Source: Harriotta raleighana
Taxonomy: Eukaryota
DNA length: 64,000 nucleotides
NCBI GenBank assembly: GCA_050575255.1
Contig: JBNZDD010013679.1
Coordinates: forward strand, 3,906,403-3,970,402
Reading direction: 5' to 3'
Shown: one piece after another, positions 63,538 to 64,000 of the stretch
How positions within the stretch are numbered: the first letter of the stretch is position 1
Layout: each line of letters starts with the position of its first letter
Made by a program: the position numbers and the translations under genes
The notes under the pieces: generated by a model
Told to the model about the DNA's origin: nothing
The model's database searches: none
Seen by the model: only the letters and a program-made list of their open reading frames with translations

Positions 63538-63573
63538 GTTCTGTGGATCCATACTAGTATGGATCCACAGAAC
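63538..63573. repeat. Perfect 36-bp palindrome
   Basis: gttctgtggatccatactagtatggatccacagaac is its own reverse complement. Confidence 0.95.
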
Positions 63574-64000
63574 CAGCACTATTAGTGAGTCAGAGCTATG
63601 CTGGACTAACCCCGTCGTATATAGAACTGAATTAAAAACAGGAGTCTAACTTGAGATTCAGAACAGGATCCCTGAAAGCTAGTTTGATGGTAGATGTTTT
63701 GATGTTCAAACTGAAGGTCGATTAATGCTGTAAATATTAGCAAGTAGTGTGGTTAATTGAGCTGAGTTTGGTTTAGGATTTTGCAGTAGATACATGATAT
63801 GGAAAATATTTGTGTACTATACAAGTTCATGACCTAAACACTGAGTGTGTTAGTATGTCAGACAATCCCAATTGCATTAACATCAGGAGATATCGTAACT
63901 CCAAATTGTAACTTTGCAGTCAGAATTGAGCAAAATCCATATTGCTGACTGAAGTTTGAAATAGTAGAGGATGAATTATAGTTAAGATAGTACAATAAAA

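Overview
Vertebrate genomic DNA. The SINE/LINE complement and VLDLR paralogy suggest a cartilaginous fish, but this is inference. Two head-to-tail LDL-receptor-family genes lie on the minus strand. Gene A (63319->22571, 5' end beyond the window) is one spliced reading frame of 43 visible exons (6608 nt, about 2200 aa). It is built from tandem copies of nearly the whole VLDLR ectodomain: the EGF-C end of an upstream module, then three modules of [LA cluster with 7, 6 and 8 repeats - EGF-A - EGF-B - YWTD propeller - EGF-C]. These are followed by one Ser/Thr-rich exon, one TM helix and a very short tail with FENPVF instead of FDNPVY. Exon sizes and phases match VLDLR exon for exon, so this is a giant LRP-like receptor made by intragenic VLDLR duplication. 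Gene B (12346->1337, continues past base 1) is a second diverged VLDLR paralog with a TATA box, signal peptide, 8 LA repeats and EGF-A/B. Introns and the intergenic region contain tRNA-headed SINEs, L2/CR1 LINE fragments, Tigger-like and hAT-like non-autonomous DNA elements and two probable solo LTRs. One N gap (39350-40067) and many single-N tandem duplications are assembly features.
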